Shown one piece after another: positions 36,690-46,698 of a stretch of 64,000 nt of DNA; within the stretch, counting starts at the first letter, position 1, and each line of letters starts with the position of its first letter. The notes under the pieces are model-generated. The model had not been told where the DNA came from. It searched no databases and was given only the letters and a program-made list of their open reading frames with translations. The position numbers and the translations under genes were made by a program. Source of the DNA: Minisyncoccota bacterium. Lineage in GTDB: Bacteria; Patescibacteriota; Minisyncoccia; UBA6257; GWB1-50-10. The stretch is from assembly GCA_020059915.1 (NCBI GenBank), contig JAGVBB010000002.1, forward strand, positions 62,129 through 126,128, in the 5' to 3' direction.

Positions 36690-38063
36690 TCAACAAGTTT
36701 TAAACAGTTTTTCTTTTATTAACATCAATTTTTGATTTAAATTTTGATTATGTGTGAGCTCCTTTCCGATTTTTTCACAAGCATGAATAACAGTTGTGTG
36801 GTCACGTTTTCCTAATTTTTCTCCTATATGTGGATATGAAAGTTTTAATATGTCACGGAGAAGAAACATTGCAACTTGTCTTGGTTCTACAACCTCTTGT
36901 TTTCTTCCTCTATCAGTAAGATCTGTTTGAGATATTTCATAAAATTCAGCGACAGTTTTGAGTATATCTTGAGGATTTACATTTTTGGGGGTTATTTGTG
37001 CTGTCTCATTGATAATTTCGTCTAGTTTTTTCTGTGTTATCTTTTGATGTTTGTATTCTTCAAAAAAGACAACCTTATTTAATACTCCTTCAACTTCTCT
37101 GATATTTCTTTGTATTTTTGTTGCTATATATTCCAAAACCCAATCCTCTATTGAAACGTTTTGGTTTTGAACCTTTGTTTTTAATATAGCAAGACGCATC
37201 TCATAATCTGGATAAGAAACATCAGCAATCATACCTCCCTCAAAACGAGATCTAAGACGTTCCTCAAGTGTTGGAATTGCTGCGGGAGATCTATCAGAAG
37301 ATATGATTATTTGCTTATTATTTTCATATAAAGCATTAAATGTATAAAAGAACTCAAGTTCTGTTGCTGGTTTTCCACCGATAAATTGAATGTCGTCGAT
37401 AATAAGCATATCAATGTCCCTATATTTTTTTTTCATATCCTCCATACGTTTATTTCTTACAGACCAAACAACATCATTTATAAATTTTTCTGATGTTGTA
37501 TATAACACACGAACCTTATTTTCATATTTTTGTATAACAGCGTTTCCCGCTGCTTGTAATAGATGAGTTTTTCCAAGTCCAACCCCCCCATAAATAAATA
37601 ATGGATTATATTTTTTTCCTACATCATTAATAATTGCTTGAATTGCAGCAAATGCCAATTCATTTGATGATCCAACAACATATGTATCAAATGAATATTT
37701 TGAATTTAAATTTGTTTTTGGGTTTATTGCTAATTCAGAAATCGTATTTAATTTTTCATCAGTAAGCTCCAAACCTCTTGGCACTTCTTTCTTTTTTACT
37801 ATTTGTGGAGCTGTACTAGTGACGGTGTAGTTTACCTGTTTGATAGAACTATCAACATTTCTTAATGAGCCAAGAATAATTTTATGGTACCTATTTTTTA
37901 CCCATTCTTTTGCAAAATTATTAGGCAAACCAACAAGAGCAATTCCTTCTTTTTCATCTTTATTAACTAATTCACTATTTTTTAACCACGTGAGGAAGTT
38001 TGGCCGTGATATTTGGACTTCAATTTCTCCTAATACCGTTTTCCAAAGTTCGTTGTGATTCAT
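36690..38063 (-). CDS. dnaA: Chromosomal replication initiator DnaA (start revised to ATG 38063)
   Basis: MNHNELWK.VL, YNPLFIYGGVGLGKTHL, IDDIQF, RLRSRFEGG, RDHTTVIHA. Confidence 0.98.
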   Translation of the reverse strand: MNHNELWKTVLGEIEVQISRPNFLTWLKNSELVNKDEKEGIALVGLPNNFAKEWVKNRYHKIILGSLRNVDSSIKQVNYTVTSTAPQIVKKKEVPRGLELTDEKLNTISELAINPKTNLNSKYSFDTYVVGSSNELAFAAIQAIINDVGKKYNPLFIYGGVGLGKTHLLQAAGNAVIQKYENKVRVLYTTSEKFINDVVWSVRNKRMEDMKKKYRDIDMLIIDDIQFIGGKPATELEFFYTFNALYENNKQIIISSDRSPAAIPTLEERLRSRFEGGMIADVSYPDYEMRLAILKTKVQNQNVSIEDWVLEYIATKIQRNIREVEGVLNKVVFFEEYKHQKITQKKLDEIINETAQITPKNVNPQDILKTVAEFYEISQTDLTDRGRKQEVVEPRQVAMFLLRDILKLSYPHIGEKLGKRDHTTVIHACEKIGKELTHNQNLNQKLMLIKEKLFKTC

Positions 38064-38269
38064 AATATAGTTTTTTTGTTTAATTAATTTCCCCTCTCTG
38101 TTTTCTACTAACGTATCACTCAATGATACGTGTATTATAGAATCTTTCAATATTGATGAAAGTACCTATTTATGCTCTAACTGTGCACTTCTTGTTGATA
38201 ACTCGTTTTTTCTATAAAATTTGCACAAGAAAAAAGAATGTGTTATGGTAGTACCCATATAGAGTATAT

Positions 38270-38404
38270 ATGAAGAGAACATATCAGCCGAAGAAGAAAA
38301 AAAGAGCAACAACCCACGGTTTTCTTACTCGATCAGCCACCCCCGGCGGGAAGAAAGTTTTAAAAAGGAGAAGGGCTCGAGGGAGAAAAAAACTTACTGT
38401 ATAG
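38270..38404 (+). CDS. rpmH: 50S ribosomal protein L34 (44 aa, not in ORF track)
   Basis: [44 protein letters not shown]. Confidence 0.97.
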   Translation: MKRTYQPKKKKRATTHGFLTRSATPGGKKVLKRRRARGRKKLTV

Positions 38405-38661
38405 TGGTTATGATAGAGGGAAGGTATTTTATTGTAAAAAAAGCAACGCACAGCGAACAAAAAACGCCGTGCGTTTTTTCTGTGTCTAAAAAGATATTTA
38501 AAACAGCAGTAGAAAGGAACAAAATTAAGAGACAAATGAGAAGCATTTTAAAAAAACATAAAAGAAAAAATGAATATAACTTTATTGTTCTTAAAAAAGA
38601 AATAATTGGTAAATCTTTCAAGGATATAGAGAGTGATTTGGTGATTTTACTCGAAAAATAG
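38404..38661 (+). CDS. rnpA: Ribonuclease P protein component (short)
   Basis: FSVSKK.FKTAVERNKIKRQMR; lies between rpmH and yidC. Confidence 0.88.
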   Translation: MVMIEGRYFIVKKATHSEQKTPCVFSVSKKIFKTAVERNKIKRQMRSILKKHKRKNEYNFIVLKKEIIGKSFKDIESDLVILLEK

Positions 38662-38713
38662 CATGGTAAAAAACACTATCTTATAACCATAATCTATAGT
38701 ACAATTCATTGAT

Positions 38714-39385
38714 ATGACAGCATTATTTAATTCATATATATATGAACCAATTCTTTCCGTTTTGTTGTTTATATATAACTCAATCGCGTTTACTGATCTT
38801 GGAATTGCAATAATACTTTTAACAATTTTTATACGAGTTGTGCTGTTCCCATTGTTTTATAAAGGAGCAAAAGATCAGGCAATAATGCAGAAGCTCCAGC
38901 CACATATAAAAAAAATTCAATTAGATCACAAAGACAACAAAGAAGAGCAGGCAAAGTTATTACTAGATCTATATAAAAAATATAGTTTCAATCCGTTTTT
39001 TGGGATTTTTTCTGTAGTAATACAACTTCCTATTTTTTTCGCCCTTTTTAAAATGTTTGGACAAGAATTGGGAAATCTAGGAATTGCAAACACAATGATG
39101 TTTGGTTTTCTTGATTTAGGAACAAAAGGTTTTGTCCTTCCTGTTATCGCTGCTGGATTGCAATATATACAAGGAAAATTATCACTCCCAAATATAAAAT
39201 CACAAGCAGGAGACAATCCGATGGCTTCCATGGGTAAGATGATGATTTATATTGGTCCAATTTTAACTCTTCTCATATTCTCCAACCTTCCATCGGCGCT
39301 CAGTGTGTATTGGATTGTTTCATCTTTATTTGCTGTTGTTCAGCAAATATATATAAATAAAAAATTGCCAAAACTCGAAGATTAG
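38714..39385 (+). CDS. yidC: Membrane protein insertase YidC/Oxa1 (short form)
   Basis: GIAIILLTI.IR..LFPL, MQKLQP, IQLPIF, LSVYW..S..F..QQ. Confidence 0.94.
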   Translation: MTALFNSYIYEPILSVLLFIYNSIAFTDLGIAIILLTIFIRVVLFPLFYKGAKDQAIMQKLQPHIKKIQLDHKDNKEEQAKLLLDLYKKYSFNPFFGIFSVVIQLPIFFALFKMFGQELGNLGIANTMMFGFLDLGTKGFVLPVIAAGLQYIQGKLSLPNIKSQAGDNPMASMGKMMIYIGPILTLLIFSNLPSALSVYWIVSSLFAVVQQIYINKKLPKLED

Positions 39386-39402
39386 TTGTATACTAGAAAG
39401 CG

Positions 39403-39834
39403 ATGAAAGAGATGATTATTGAGACAGTAAAAGAGTTTATTTCTAATCTCGGGTTTCCAAACGCAGAAGTTTCACTCGACGAAGATAAGAGAAAGGTGAT
39501 TATTCTTATTGAAAATCGGTTTGTTGAGGATAATATAATAAATATTCTTCCAGCATTTGATCATGTAATTAATACCATTCTCAAAAAGAAGGGACTTATT
39601 CCTCATGTCATTGATATAAACTATTACAGAAAAGAAAGAGAAAGGATTATTGTTGAATTAGCAAAAGCGGGCGCAAAGAAGGCGATGATCACTAAACAGG
39701 AAGTTGAACTCCCTCCTATGAATGGATATGAACGAAGAATTGTACACATGGAAATTACCACACACCCAGAACTAACAACAGAGAGTGTTGGTATAGGAAA
39801 AGAAAGACACGTAATGATAAAATTTGTTCAATAA
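39403..39834 (+). CDS. jag: Jag/KhpB-like R3H RNA-binding protein (no Jag_N domain)
   Basis: DINYYRKERE, LPPMNGYERRIVH, TES.G...RHV; follows yidC. Confidence 0.85.
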   Translation: MKEMIIETVKEFISNLGFPNAEVSLDEDKRKVIILIENRFVEDNIINILPAFDHVINTILKKKGLIPHVIDINYYRKERERIIVELAKAGAKKAMITKQEVELPPMNGYERRIVHMEITTHPELTTESVGIGKERHVMIKFVQ

Positions 39835-39865
39835 AAAATCTCGCTAGTCACTAGCGGGATTTTTT
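39833..39865. terminator. Bidirectional terminator between jag and the T4SS-like operon
   Basis: AAAAAATCTCGCTAG-TCA-CTAGCGGGATTTTTT. Confidence 0.75.
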
Positions 39866-41336
39866 ATGGATAGTCGACATGTATGTGAAGCCCTGTGTAA
39901 TTTATACTTCCATCCGCGCCATAACCAGAACAATCAGCGCTTTGAGATCGATAAAAGCTTCCATTTTTATAATATTCACACCACGCACTAACCCCCTTGT
40001 CTTTTATGTAGGTTAATAATAATTCTGTATCTGTTTTTGATTTAGACTCAGCGACAACGTCTGCTGATATTCCCTTATAGTGGTTTGAGTTATTACTTGT
40101 ATGATCCCCACCAGTCAGGCTTGTTATTGCAAATTTTGGAAGTAATTTTCCGGGCCTAAACTCGTTTCCATTTTCATAATCAAACTGAATTGCATCAAGT
40201 AGGGCTATAAGGTTGCTACTCAACACCTTTCCAGAAGTATTGTCACACTGTGTTCCATCTGTTTTACACCCATCGTGACACACATATGGAAATAAACCCT
40301 TTTTAGTATCATCCATAATCCCATGCGCGCTTGTTTTTGATTTTGGTTCGCAATCAGCGTTTGTACTATAGTAGTTTAATTTTATTCCTTGTGCTGCATA
40401 TAGTGTGTTTGTTGTTGAAGCAAGCGCTGATGCCAACCCGCCACGTGCTTCATCCCAACCAGAATATTGGGAAACTGGCGGTGTTGATGATGGTATCTTA
40501 GGAAGAATACACGGAGCTAGATCACTTTTTAATGAGGTCATTATTGTCTTTTCAGCAATATCCCCAACCTCTTGGTTAAGTGCTTTTTGCCACGGCGTCC
40601 TATATGCATATACCAAGCACTGTGCAGAAGATGGCCCAACAGATTTAATAAAATAAGGATATACCCAGATAATAGAGTTTGCTGGAATTGATTCCCCTCC
40701 GGCATAATATTCGTTTGTTGTTATTGTCATGCCGTCTTTATCAAATAAATGACGATATGTACAAACATTATTAACTGGTGGCGTCGTGTTATATAGTTGT
40801 CCGCCAGAATTCCCTGATATGTTTGTTGCTATGTCGCAGGTTGATGATGCGACAGTTGCGCTTAAGCTTGCTTCTGTATTAACCCTATTTTTTTGTATGA
40901 GAGTACCTGTTGATGGTTCTTTTAGTTTTACTAATTCCGGATTTATTGTTTTTAAGAGTAGAAACGAAGCAAAAAGGAGGAGCACTCCCCACAAAGCATC
41001 TTGAATTATTTGTTTTCCCTCACTTTTTGCAGTGACATTCTCTGATTTAACAATAATTATAATTGCTCCATACACAATCATTCCAACCGCAACAATTCCT
41101 GAGATTCCAACAGCAAATTGATACAGGCGGACTATATAGGTTTGTATATCTTGTGGCTCGGAACAAGAAGAAAGTTGGAATCCTGCAATAGGAAGATCTA
41201 TACATGGCGGAGGAAATACAAGTCGCATCGTATCTTGTGCTTGAACAAAAAGAGGTAGGAATGATGTTCCTAAAACAAACAACAAACAGAGGATTAAAAA
41301 TATTTTTTTACTTAAGCGCATATATAAAGTTGTCAT
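39864..41336 (-). CDS. T4SS (VirB2/TrbC-like) pilin fused to a Cys-rich region and a C-terminal M15-type peptidase-like domain
   Basis: Signal peptide; YI..LY.F.VGI.GI.AV.MIVYG.....K..I.DAL.G..LL..S.LLL.TINP.L pilin motif; SNHYKGISADV...GLHIHV. Confidence 0.75.
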   Translation of the reverse strand: MTTLYMRLSKKIFLILCLLFVLGTSFLPLFVQAQDTMRLVFPPPCIDLPIAGFQLSSCSEPQDIQTYIVRLYQFAVGISGIVAVGMIVYGAIIIIVKSENVTAKSEGKQIIQDALWGVLLLFASFLLLKTINPELVKLKEPSTGTLIQKNRVNTEASLSATVASSTCDIATNISGNSGGQLYNTTPPVNNVCTYRHLFDKDGMTITTNEYYAGGESIPANSIIWVYPYFIKSVGPSSAQCLVYAYRTPWQKALNQEVGDIAEKTIMTSLKSDLAPCILPKIPSSTPPVSQYSGWDEARGGLASALASTTNTLYAAQGIKLNYYSTNADCEPKSKTSAHGIMDDTKKGLFPYVCHDGCKTDGTQCDNTSGKVLSSNLIALLDAIQFDYENGNEFRPGKLLPKFAITSLTGGDHTSNNSNHYKGISADVVAESKSKTDTELLLTYIKDKGVSAWCEYYKNGSFYRSQSADCSGYGADGSINYTGLHIHVDYP

Positions 41337-42492
41337 ATTTGTTTATAAAGTATAATGATGGTTGTGTTACTATGATATTTTTTGCATCAATGGGTATATT
41401 TTTTATATCAGAGATTTGGACCTGATCTTCTGTTTGTGAATATGTGTCATAGACATATAATAGATCGTCGGTAAATGAAAGATTAGTGATCCAATTAAAT
41501 AAAGAAATATCCGTTTTAGGAACAAAACAAAACGCGGTAGTAACAAGAGAAGAACATTTTTCGGGGAGCGTTTTCTTTGTTGTTGGCACAATGTTTTCAA
41601 AAGAGTTATTTCCAATTACGAATCCATCGTTTTTTGAATAAAAGAAATAAACAGAGAGTTCTGGATTAAGTGAAAAATCTAATAAACCAGATCTAATTGT
41701 TGAAAATAATTTTGTTTTCAAATTATATTGCCAAATGGATGTTGCATATTCATTTCCAAATTTCTCAACAAACAATAATTCATCTCTTGATTTTTTAAAT
41801 ATATCAACATCAAACAGTTTTAGTTTTGGAATAATAACAGTTTTATCGGAATATGATTTTAATGACGAAAGAGATACGACACTTGTTGTTCCCCCTTGAT
41901 CCCAAAGCGCAACAATATCTTGATTGTTAAAATCCCACACAGCGTCAGTTATTGACGAATTTAATGGTGTTATTTTTTCATCCATTGAAGAAAAAATTCC
42001 CCATATTGTTCCTGAATTTGTTGCAAATTTTATTAAAACAGAAGATCCGCCGCGATTTGGTTTTATCATACTAACGTTATTCAGTGGGTTTAGGGCTATT
42101 TTTTCACTCTTTCCGTCTATTACTTTTTTTATTTCTCCATTCTCTGTTATATAAAAAATTCTATTATTTTCCTCATAATACCAATATGATTGCGCGGGTA
42201 CGTCCGAGACTTTTTGAAGTTCTGTGAATGAGGTTTTTATTACTGCTGATTCGCTATAATTTCCACCGTCCCCTGTTTCATTGTTTTCTATTTCCACTAC
42301 ATCTGTCGGTGTCTGCTCATTGTTATCCAACTCCTCTATGAGGGTGTTGGTAGTTGATGTGGATATAGTCGTGTTGCCTTGCTCTTCTGTTGGTGTTGTT
42401 TTAGATACAACAAAATAAATTATCCACGCAATTGTGCCGAGTATAAGAAAAATGATTAGATATTTATATATTGGTCTCATGTTAGTTTCCAA
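41308..42492 (-). CDS. Membrane-anchored beta-rich (propeller-like) protein of the T4SS-like operon
   Basis: N-terminal TM helix, Thr/Asn-rich linker, beta-rich repeats, LPEKC...FC.VP. Confidence 0.7.
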   Translation of the reverse strand: METNMRPIYKYLIIFLILGTIAWIIYFVVSKTTPTEEQGNTTISTSTTNTLIEELDNNEQTPTDVVEIENNETGDGGNYSESAVIKTSFTELQKVSDVPAQSYWYYEENNRIFYITENGEIKKVIDGKSEKIALNPLNNVSMIKPNRGGSSVLIKFATNSGTIWGIFSSMDEKITPLNSSITDAVWDFNNQDIVALWDQGGTTSVVSLSSLKSYSDKTVIIPKLKLFDVDIFKKSRDELLFVEKFGNEYATSIWQYNLKTKLFSTIRSGLLDFSLNPELSVYFFYSKNDGFVIGNNSFENIVPTTKKTLPEKCSSLVTTAFCFVPKTDISLFNWITNLSFTDDLLYVYDTYSQTEDQVQISDIKNIPIDAKNIIVTQPSLYFINKYDNFIYALK

Positions 42493-43153
42493 TAAATATT
42501 TTTGTTTGAGTTTTTATTATTTCAAGCAAAGATTTTTTGTTTTGGACATATCCAGTTATAGAAACTGAATTGTTTGAAGTGGTGCTCGGGTTCCCTGTAT
42601 TTATTGTTATTTTATTGTTTGATCCCGTTCCTTTTTTAAGTAATCCAATTTGCCAAGAGAATGAGAGGTCTTCAAATGACTTGGTATTAAAAAAATATGG
42701 AACAGCGGTTATTGAGATATCAGAGTTTTTGGGAACTACATTGTTTATATAAGGTATTTCTAATATAAGTTTTGGTTCTGTTGTTGGTATAGTAATACTT
42801 TTTTGAATCAATACCCCATTCCAATCCACTGAAACCGAAACGAAATTTGTTCTATCAGTTTCAGAGAATACCACCATTGCTTCTTTTTCTCCTGTCCCTT
42901 TTCTTATTCTTTCCCCATTTTTTCTCCACTCAATGGTAGAATTTGACACATCCAACAATGTCCCATTTTGAACCGCCTCAACAGCGAGATACACTTTTGT
43001 TCCATATGAGGGAACCGCCTTTCCAATATATGAAGTTGGGAAAAAATTATCTGCCTTCCAAGTTACTATAAGTTCCGGATTTGCTGCATTTGTAGATAAG
43101 AAAAACCCGAAAAACAAACAAACAAATGTTAATAAAAAGAGATTATGCCGCAT
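42482..43153 (-). CDS. Secreted Ig-like protein of the T4SS-like operon (start revised)
   Basis: Signal peptide MRHNLFLLTFVCLFFGFFLSTNA; TWKA..F.P..Y.GKA.P; AVPYFF; F.W. Confidence 0.7.
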   Translation of the reverse strand: MRHNLFLLTFVCLFFGFFLSTNAANPELIVTWKADNFFPTSYIGKAVPSYGTKVYLAVEAVQNGTLLDVSNSTIEWRKNGERIRKGTGEKEAMVVFSETDRTNFVSVSVDWNGVLIQKSITIPTTEPKLILEIPYINNVVPKNSDISITAVPYFFNTKSFEDLSFSWQIGLLKKGTGSNNKITINTGNPSTTSNNSVSITGYVQNKKSLLEIIKTQTKIFIGN

Positions 43154-43712
43154 GTTTAATTTTTTCTTGTTCTTCATTATGTTCTTGAATAATTGGATTG
43201 TTTTGTGTCCGTAGTGGGGATGACGGCATTGATAAAATCCTCGGTTTATTTGTATTGGATAGAGGCGCTCCCTTATTAACTTTGTTAATTGTTCCAACAA
43301 TTTTACTTCCCCTCGATGCAGATGTTGCAACTTTCATTGCAACAGATCCCGTCCCTCCAGTTGCTGCCCCAACGGCTATTTGTGCTCCTTTCTCTATTAT
43401 ACCTAATTTCTCCGGATGATTCTCTAGATACATAACAACAACAATAGTTGCACACATTGTTGGAAGAAATGGTATGCCCTGAACCATAATTGGAATGAGA
43501 TATCCTTTTAATGGATCATTTAGGACGCTTGATCCACCCTTTTTAAGCCAGTAGTTTTTTACAAATGGCCACAAGACGCTTTGTGCTATCCAACCAAGAA
43601 AACCAAAAGAAAATAAATCACCAAGGAAAGCAATTCCATCGATAATTAACCCAACAACAAAACCGAGAAACATCTCTCCAAGCTCAAATTTGTTTTTTGT
43701 TTTCTGACTCAT
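43143..43712 (-). CDS. Membrane protein of the T4SS-like operon
   Basis: 3-4 hydrophobic segments followed by a Gly/Ala-rich tail; immediately downstream of virB4. Confidence 0.7.
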   Translation of the reverse strand: MSQKTKNKFELGEMFLGFVVGLIIDGIAFLGDLFSFGFLGWIAQSVLWPFVKNYWLKKGGSSVLNDPLKGYLIPIMVQGIPFLPTMCATIVVVMYLENHPEKLGIIEKGAQIAVGAATGGTGSVAMKVATSASRGSKIVGTINKVNKGAPLSNTNKPRILSMPSSPLRTQNNPIIQEHNEEQEKIKHAA

Positions 43713-43715
43713 TCT

Positions 43716-45470
43716 TTATGCCAATCCCTTTGATTCTAATACCTGCTCTGGGTTTGTAGTAACTATTTGATCCTCAGTATATGAGGCAATAACTTTCATT
43801 GCTACATGTTTTGCTCCAGCAAAGAAAAGCCCTTCTCCGACGCCCGCCTCTAATAAAAATGCTCGCTCCCCTTCGGTGAGATTGAATGCTGTTGCTACGG
43901 AGTCAATTGAGCCAGGAGACTGCTTCATAAGAATTTGCATTGAAGAGTTTGTGACGATTGGTTTTCCATATTCTGATTTCAAAAAATCTTCCACGTCCTG
44001 TGTTATAGTTGTTATTCCAAGATAATATTTTCTTGCGCGTTTTACTAAACCAAACAAAAATGAAGCAGAGTCTTTATATTTCATCATTAACCACGCCTCA
44101 TCAATAATAAGTGCGCGTTGTTGTAATTTTGACCGCACAAGATTCCAAACAAAGTTTAAAACAATATACATTGCTATCGGGCGGAGCTCTTCTTCTAAAT
44201 CCCTAATTGAAAAAACAATAAGGCGATTTTTTATGTCCACGTTTGTGGGGGCGTTGGTAAATCCAGCATAGGAACCATGAACAAATTTATCAAGTCGAGC
44301 AGCGAGTGTTTGCCCCCCAGATGTATTTGAAAGTATTACTTGTAGATCTTCTAAGAGTGGGGGGTTAATTTCTCCTAGTGTTCCAAAATTATCTGCTGTT
44401 ATATCTCGTGATGCATATGTTTCTGTTACCACTCTATCAAGAAGTGAATCCTCTTCTGGGGTTATAACGCCCAGCATAAGTTTTAATAATCCAGTGAGAT
44501 TTAAAATGTGTGATTTAAATACGTCCGATGGTTCCTCTCCTTCTGGAATAATAGGAATATCAAAAGGATTGACGTGGTTTTGTGACGTGAGTGAGATTTT
44601 AAAGTAACTACCACCTATTGCATTGGAGAGATTCTGATATTCGTTTTCTGGATCAATAATAATAACATTCACCCCAAGCATTAATGATCGCAAGACCTGG
44701 AGTTTTGTGGTGTATGATTTTCCCGCACCAGATGTTGCAAATATTACTTGGTTTGCATTTTGAAGTGAAAATCTATCAAAGATTATCAAGCTATTGTTGT
44801 GCATATTGACCCCATATAATATCCCCTTTTCAGAAGATAAGTCAGGAGAAACAAAAGGAAAGAGAGATGATGCTGGGCTTGAATTCAATGGTGTTGTTAT
44901 TTCAAGTTTATCCCTATTTATCGGAAGTGCTGTGGAGTTAAATCCCTCAAGTTGTTTGAATAGTGCGGGTTTTATATACACAAGCTTACTCTCGAGTGCT
45001 GATTGAATTTTTTCCTCAAGCTTTCTTAGTCCATCCAGTGTTTGTGCATAGATGGTTATATATACTCCAACGCGGAACAGTTTTTCTCTCGCTTGCAACA
45101 AAGAGTCACGAAGTTGTTCGACGTCCTCATATGCTGTTTCTAGCATTGGGTCTCTCACAAGCCCCTTTTCTTGTTTATCCCAAAGTTCTGCCTCTATGTT
45201 TGCAACCTTCTTTTTTAAATCTTTTAATGCAAATGCAGTATCCATTGGGTGAACAAACACAGATATATCCATCATTTCTGCCATGTTGATAATTGGGGAA
45301 AACCACCCACTAGATACATAGCGAGGATAAGTAAAAACAAACAAAGTTTTCACGAAATAATCACCAAGCTTTAAGTAGCTTGAACTAACCTCAAGTCCGG
45401 ATGGGGCAATAATATTTGGTAGATCCTTATTTGATGGCGTATATGCTTGTGGAACTGATATTTTTATCAT
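43716..45470 (-). CDS. virB4: VirB4/TcpF-like secretion ATPase
   Basis: FPF.S, YGVN..N.S.IIFDRF, FATSGAGKSY, IIIDPENEY, IIDEAW, KRARKY...TTITQ. Confidence 0.9.
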   Translation of the reverse strand: MIKISVPQAYTPSNKDLPNIIAPSGLEVSSSYLKLGDYFVKTLFVFTYPRYVSSGWFSPIINMAEMMDISVFVHPMDTAFALKDLKKKVANIEAELWDKQEKGLVRDPMLETAYEDVEQLRDSLLQAREKLFRVGVYITIYAQTLDGLRKLEEKIQSALESKLVYIKPALFKQLEGFNSTALPINRDKLEITTPLNSSPASSLFPFVSPDLSSEKGILYGVNMHNNSLIIFDRFSLQNANQVIFATSGAGKSYTTKLQVLRSLMLGVNVIIIDPENEYQNLSNAIGGSYFKISLTSQNHVNPFDIPIIPEGEEPSDVFKSHILNLTGLLKLMLGVITPEEDSLLDRVVTETYASRDITADNFGTLGEINPPLLEDLQVILSNTSGGQTLAARLDKFVHGSYAGFTNAPTNVDIKNRLIVFSIRDLEEELRPIAMYIVLNFVWNLVRSKLQQRALIIDEAWLMMKYKDSASFLFGLVKRARKYYLGITTITQDVEDFLKSEYGKPIVTNSSMQILMKQSPGSIDSVATAFNLTEGERAFLLEAGVGEGLFFAGAKHVAMKVIASYTEDQIVTTNPEQVLESKGLA

Positions 45471-45472
45471 AA

Positions 45473-46114
45473 TTATTTTTTTGCAATTTGCAGATCCTTT
45501 TTTTCTATTAACTGTGGATTATAGAGATTATAGAAAAGTTCAGTGAGCTCCTCGTCATTTAATTCAGAAACATGCAATCCGATTTGTTCCAGTCCTTCTT
45601 TTACTTCAATAACCCGGTGTTCTAATTGTTCCAATTTTGACTGGAGTGTTGCTTGTGCCTCTGCATCCCGTGATTTTTGAGAACCAAACAAAGAAGAAAG
45701 AACCCCAAATGATGGCGTATTTACAATGCCTTCATAAGGAATCACCACGAAGAATGTTTTTGAAATTATTGCATTTTGATCAACTAGTGTTTTTATAAAA
45801 TTTATATATTCGTCAATTTGGATCTTTAATAATTCATTTTCTTCCTGCTCTCTCCGTTCCCTCATTTTATCGAGATAGGAATCAACATTAACCTTTCTTG
45901 AGTGTATAAAGAGTTGTGTTGGATAATCGATGGTATTTAAAAAATTTTGAAAACTACCCAAAATAAGATTTTGTTCAGCGTCTGATTTTAAATCAAAATT
46001 TATTCCACTAACGATAAGTATTCGACGGATCCCGCCATCTTTTAAATAGACGATTCCATCTTTTATTTCACTTATTTCTACAAATTTTTGTGTTGGTGTA
46101 TTTACCTCTGCCAT
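45473..46114 (-). CDS. VirB4-associated protein (TraC/TcpE-like)
   Basis: TQKFV.I.EI.DG....I...SGINF.LKS..EQ..I...FQ.FLN; FFVVIPY; LFYNLYNP; directly upstream of virB4. Confidence 0.75.
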   Translation of the reverse strand: MAEVNTPTQKFVEISEIKDGIVYLKDGGIRRILIVSGINFDLKSDAEQNLILGSFQNFLNTIDYPTQLFIHSRKVNVDSYLDKMRERREQEENELLKIQIDEYINFIKTLVDQNAIISKTFFVVIPYEGIVNTPSFGVLSSLFGSQKSRDAEAQATLQSKLEQLEHRVIEVKEGLEQIGLHVSELNDEELTELFYNLYNPQLIEKKDLQIAKK

Positions 46115-46134
46115 ATGCTAATTGTACATGATTA

Positions 46135-46635
46135 TTAATAATCAATGCGTTTTGCCGTCCTTTTTTCTCCAGTAAGATAGGTTACTACCTCATATTTCCC
46201 CTTTTTGTTTTCCCTCACTGTTTCGTGCTCCTGTTTGAATAACTTGCCCGTTGTTATAGACTCAGCAACGTTTTTGATCTTTTCTTGTATACTCATAGCT
46301 CGACGTATTGATGAAAGTTTTTCAATAGAGCTGGTGTCTATTGAAGTTTCTTCCATTGCGCGCTCCCATACATATATGCGGGGATTCCAAAAATAACGAA
46401 ATGCTGATTGTGCTACCTTGTGGAGATCTTGTCCATTTACTTTTACAAAAGCAAAGGAAATTGCTATTCCAACAACAATCATAGAAAGTATAATCCATAA
46501 AAAAATGGAGAAGATATAGTAAAGAACAATTGAAACAACAGCAGCACCACCAATAAGTAAAAATTGTTGGAGTGTAAAAAATGATATTATCTTTGGTTTT
46601 TCCTCTATAAATTGAGGTACCTGAAAGGTAGACAT
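46135..46635 (-). CDS. prgI: PrgI-family protein (VirB3-like)
   Basis: FQVPQFIE...KI...TL.QF, 2 TM helices, F.KVNG, P..YVW. Confidence 0.85.
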   Translation of the reverse strand: MSTFQVPQFIEEKPKIISFFTLQQFLLIGGAAVVSIVLYYIFSIFLWIILSMIVVGIAISFAFVKVNGQDLHKVAQSAFRYFWNPRIYVWERAMEETSIDTSSIEKLSSIRRAMSIQEKIKNVAESITTGKLFKQEHETVRENKKGKYEVVTYLTGEKRTAKRIDY

Positions 46636-46698
46636 TTCATTTATTATACCCTAGAAATAAAAACAAGTGGAATACTATAAACACCCAAAAATGGGTGT

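Noticed and set aside
38064-38150. N-terminal extension of DnaA
   Set aside because: It relies on a TTG start; the conserved domain I begins at MNHNELWK.
43154-43330. N-terminal extension of the 282-aa ORF
   Set aside because: It lies inside the upstream gene, and the signal peptide starts near 43153.
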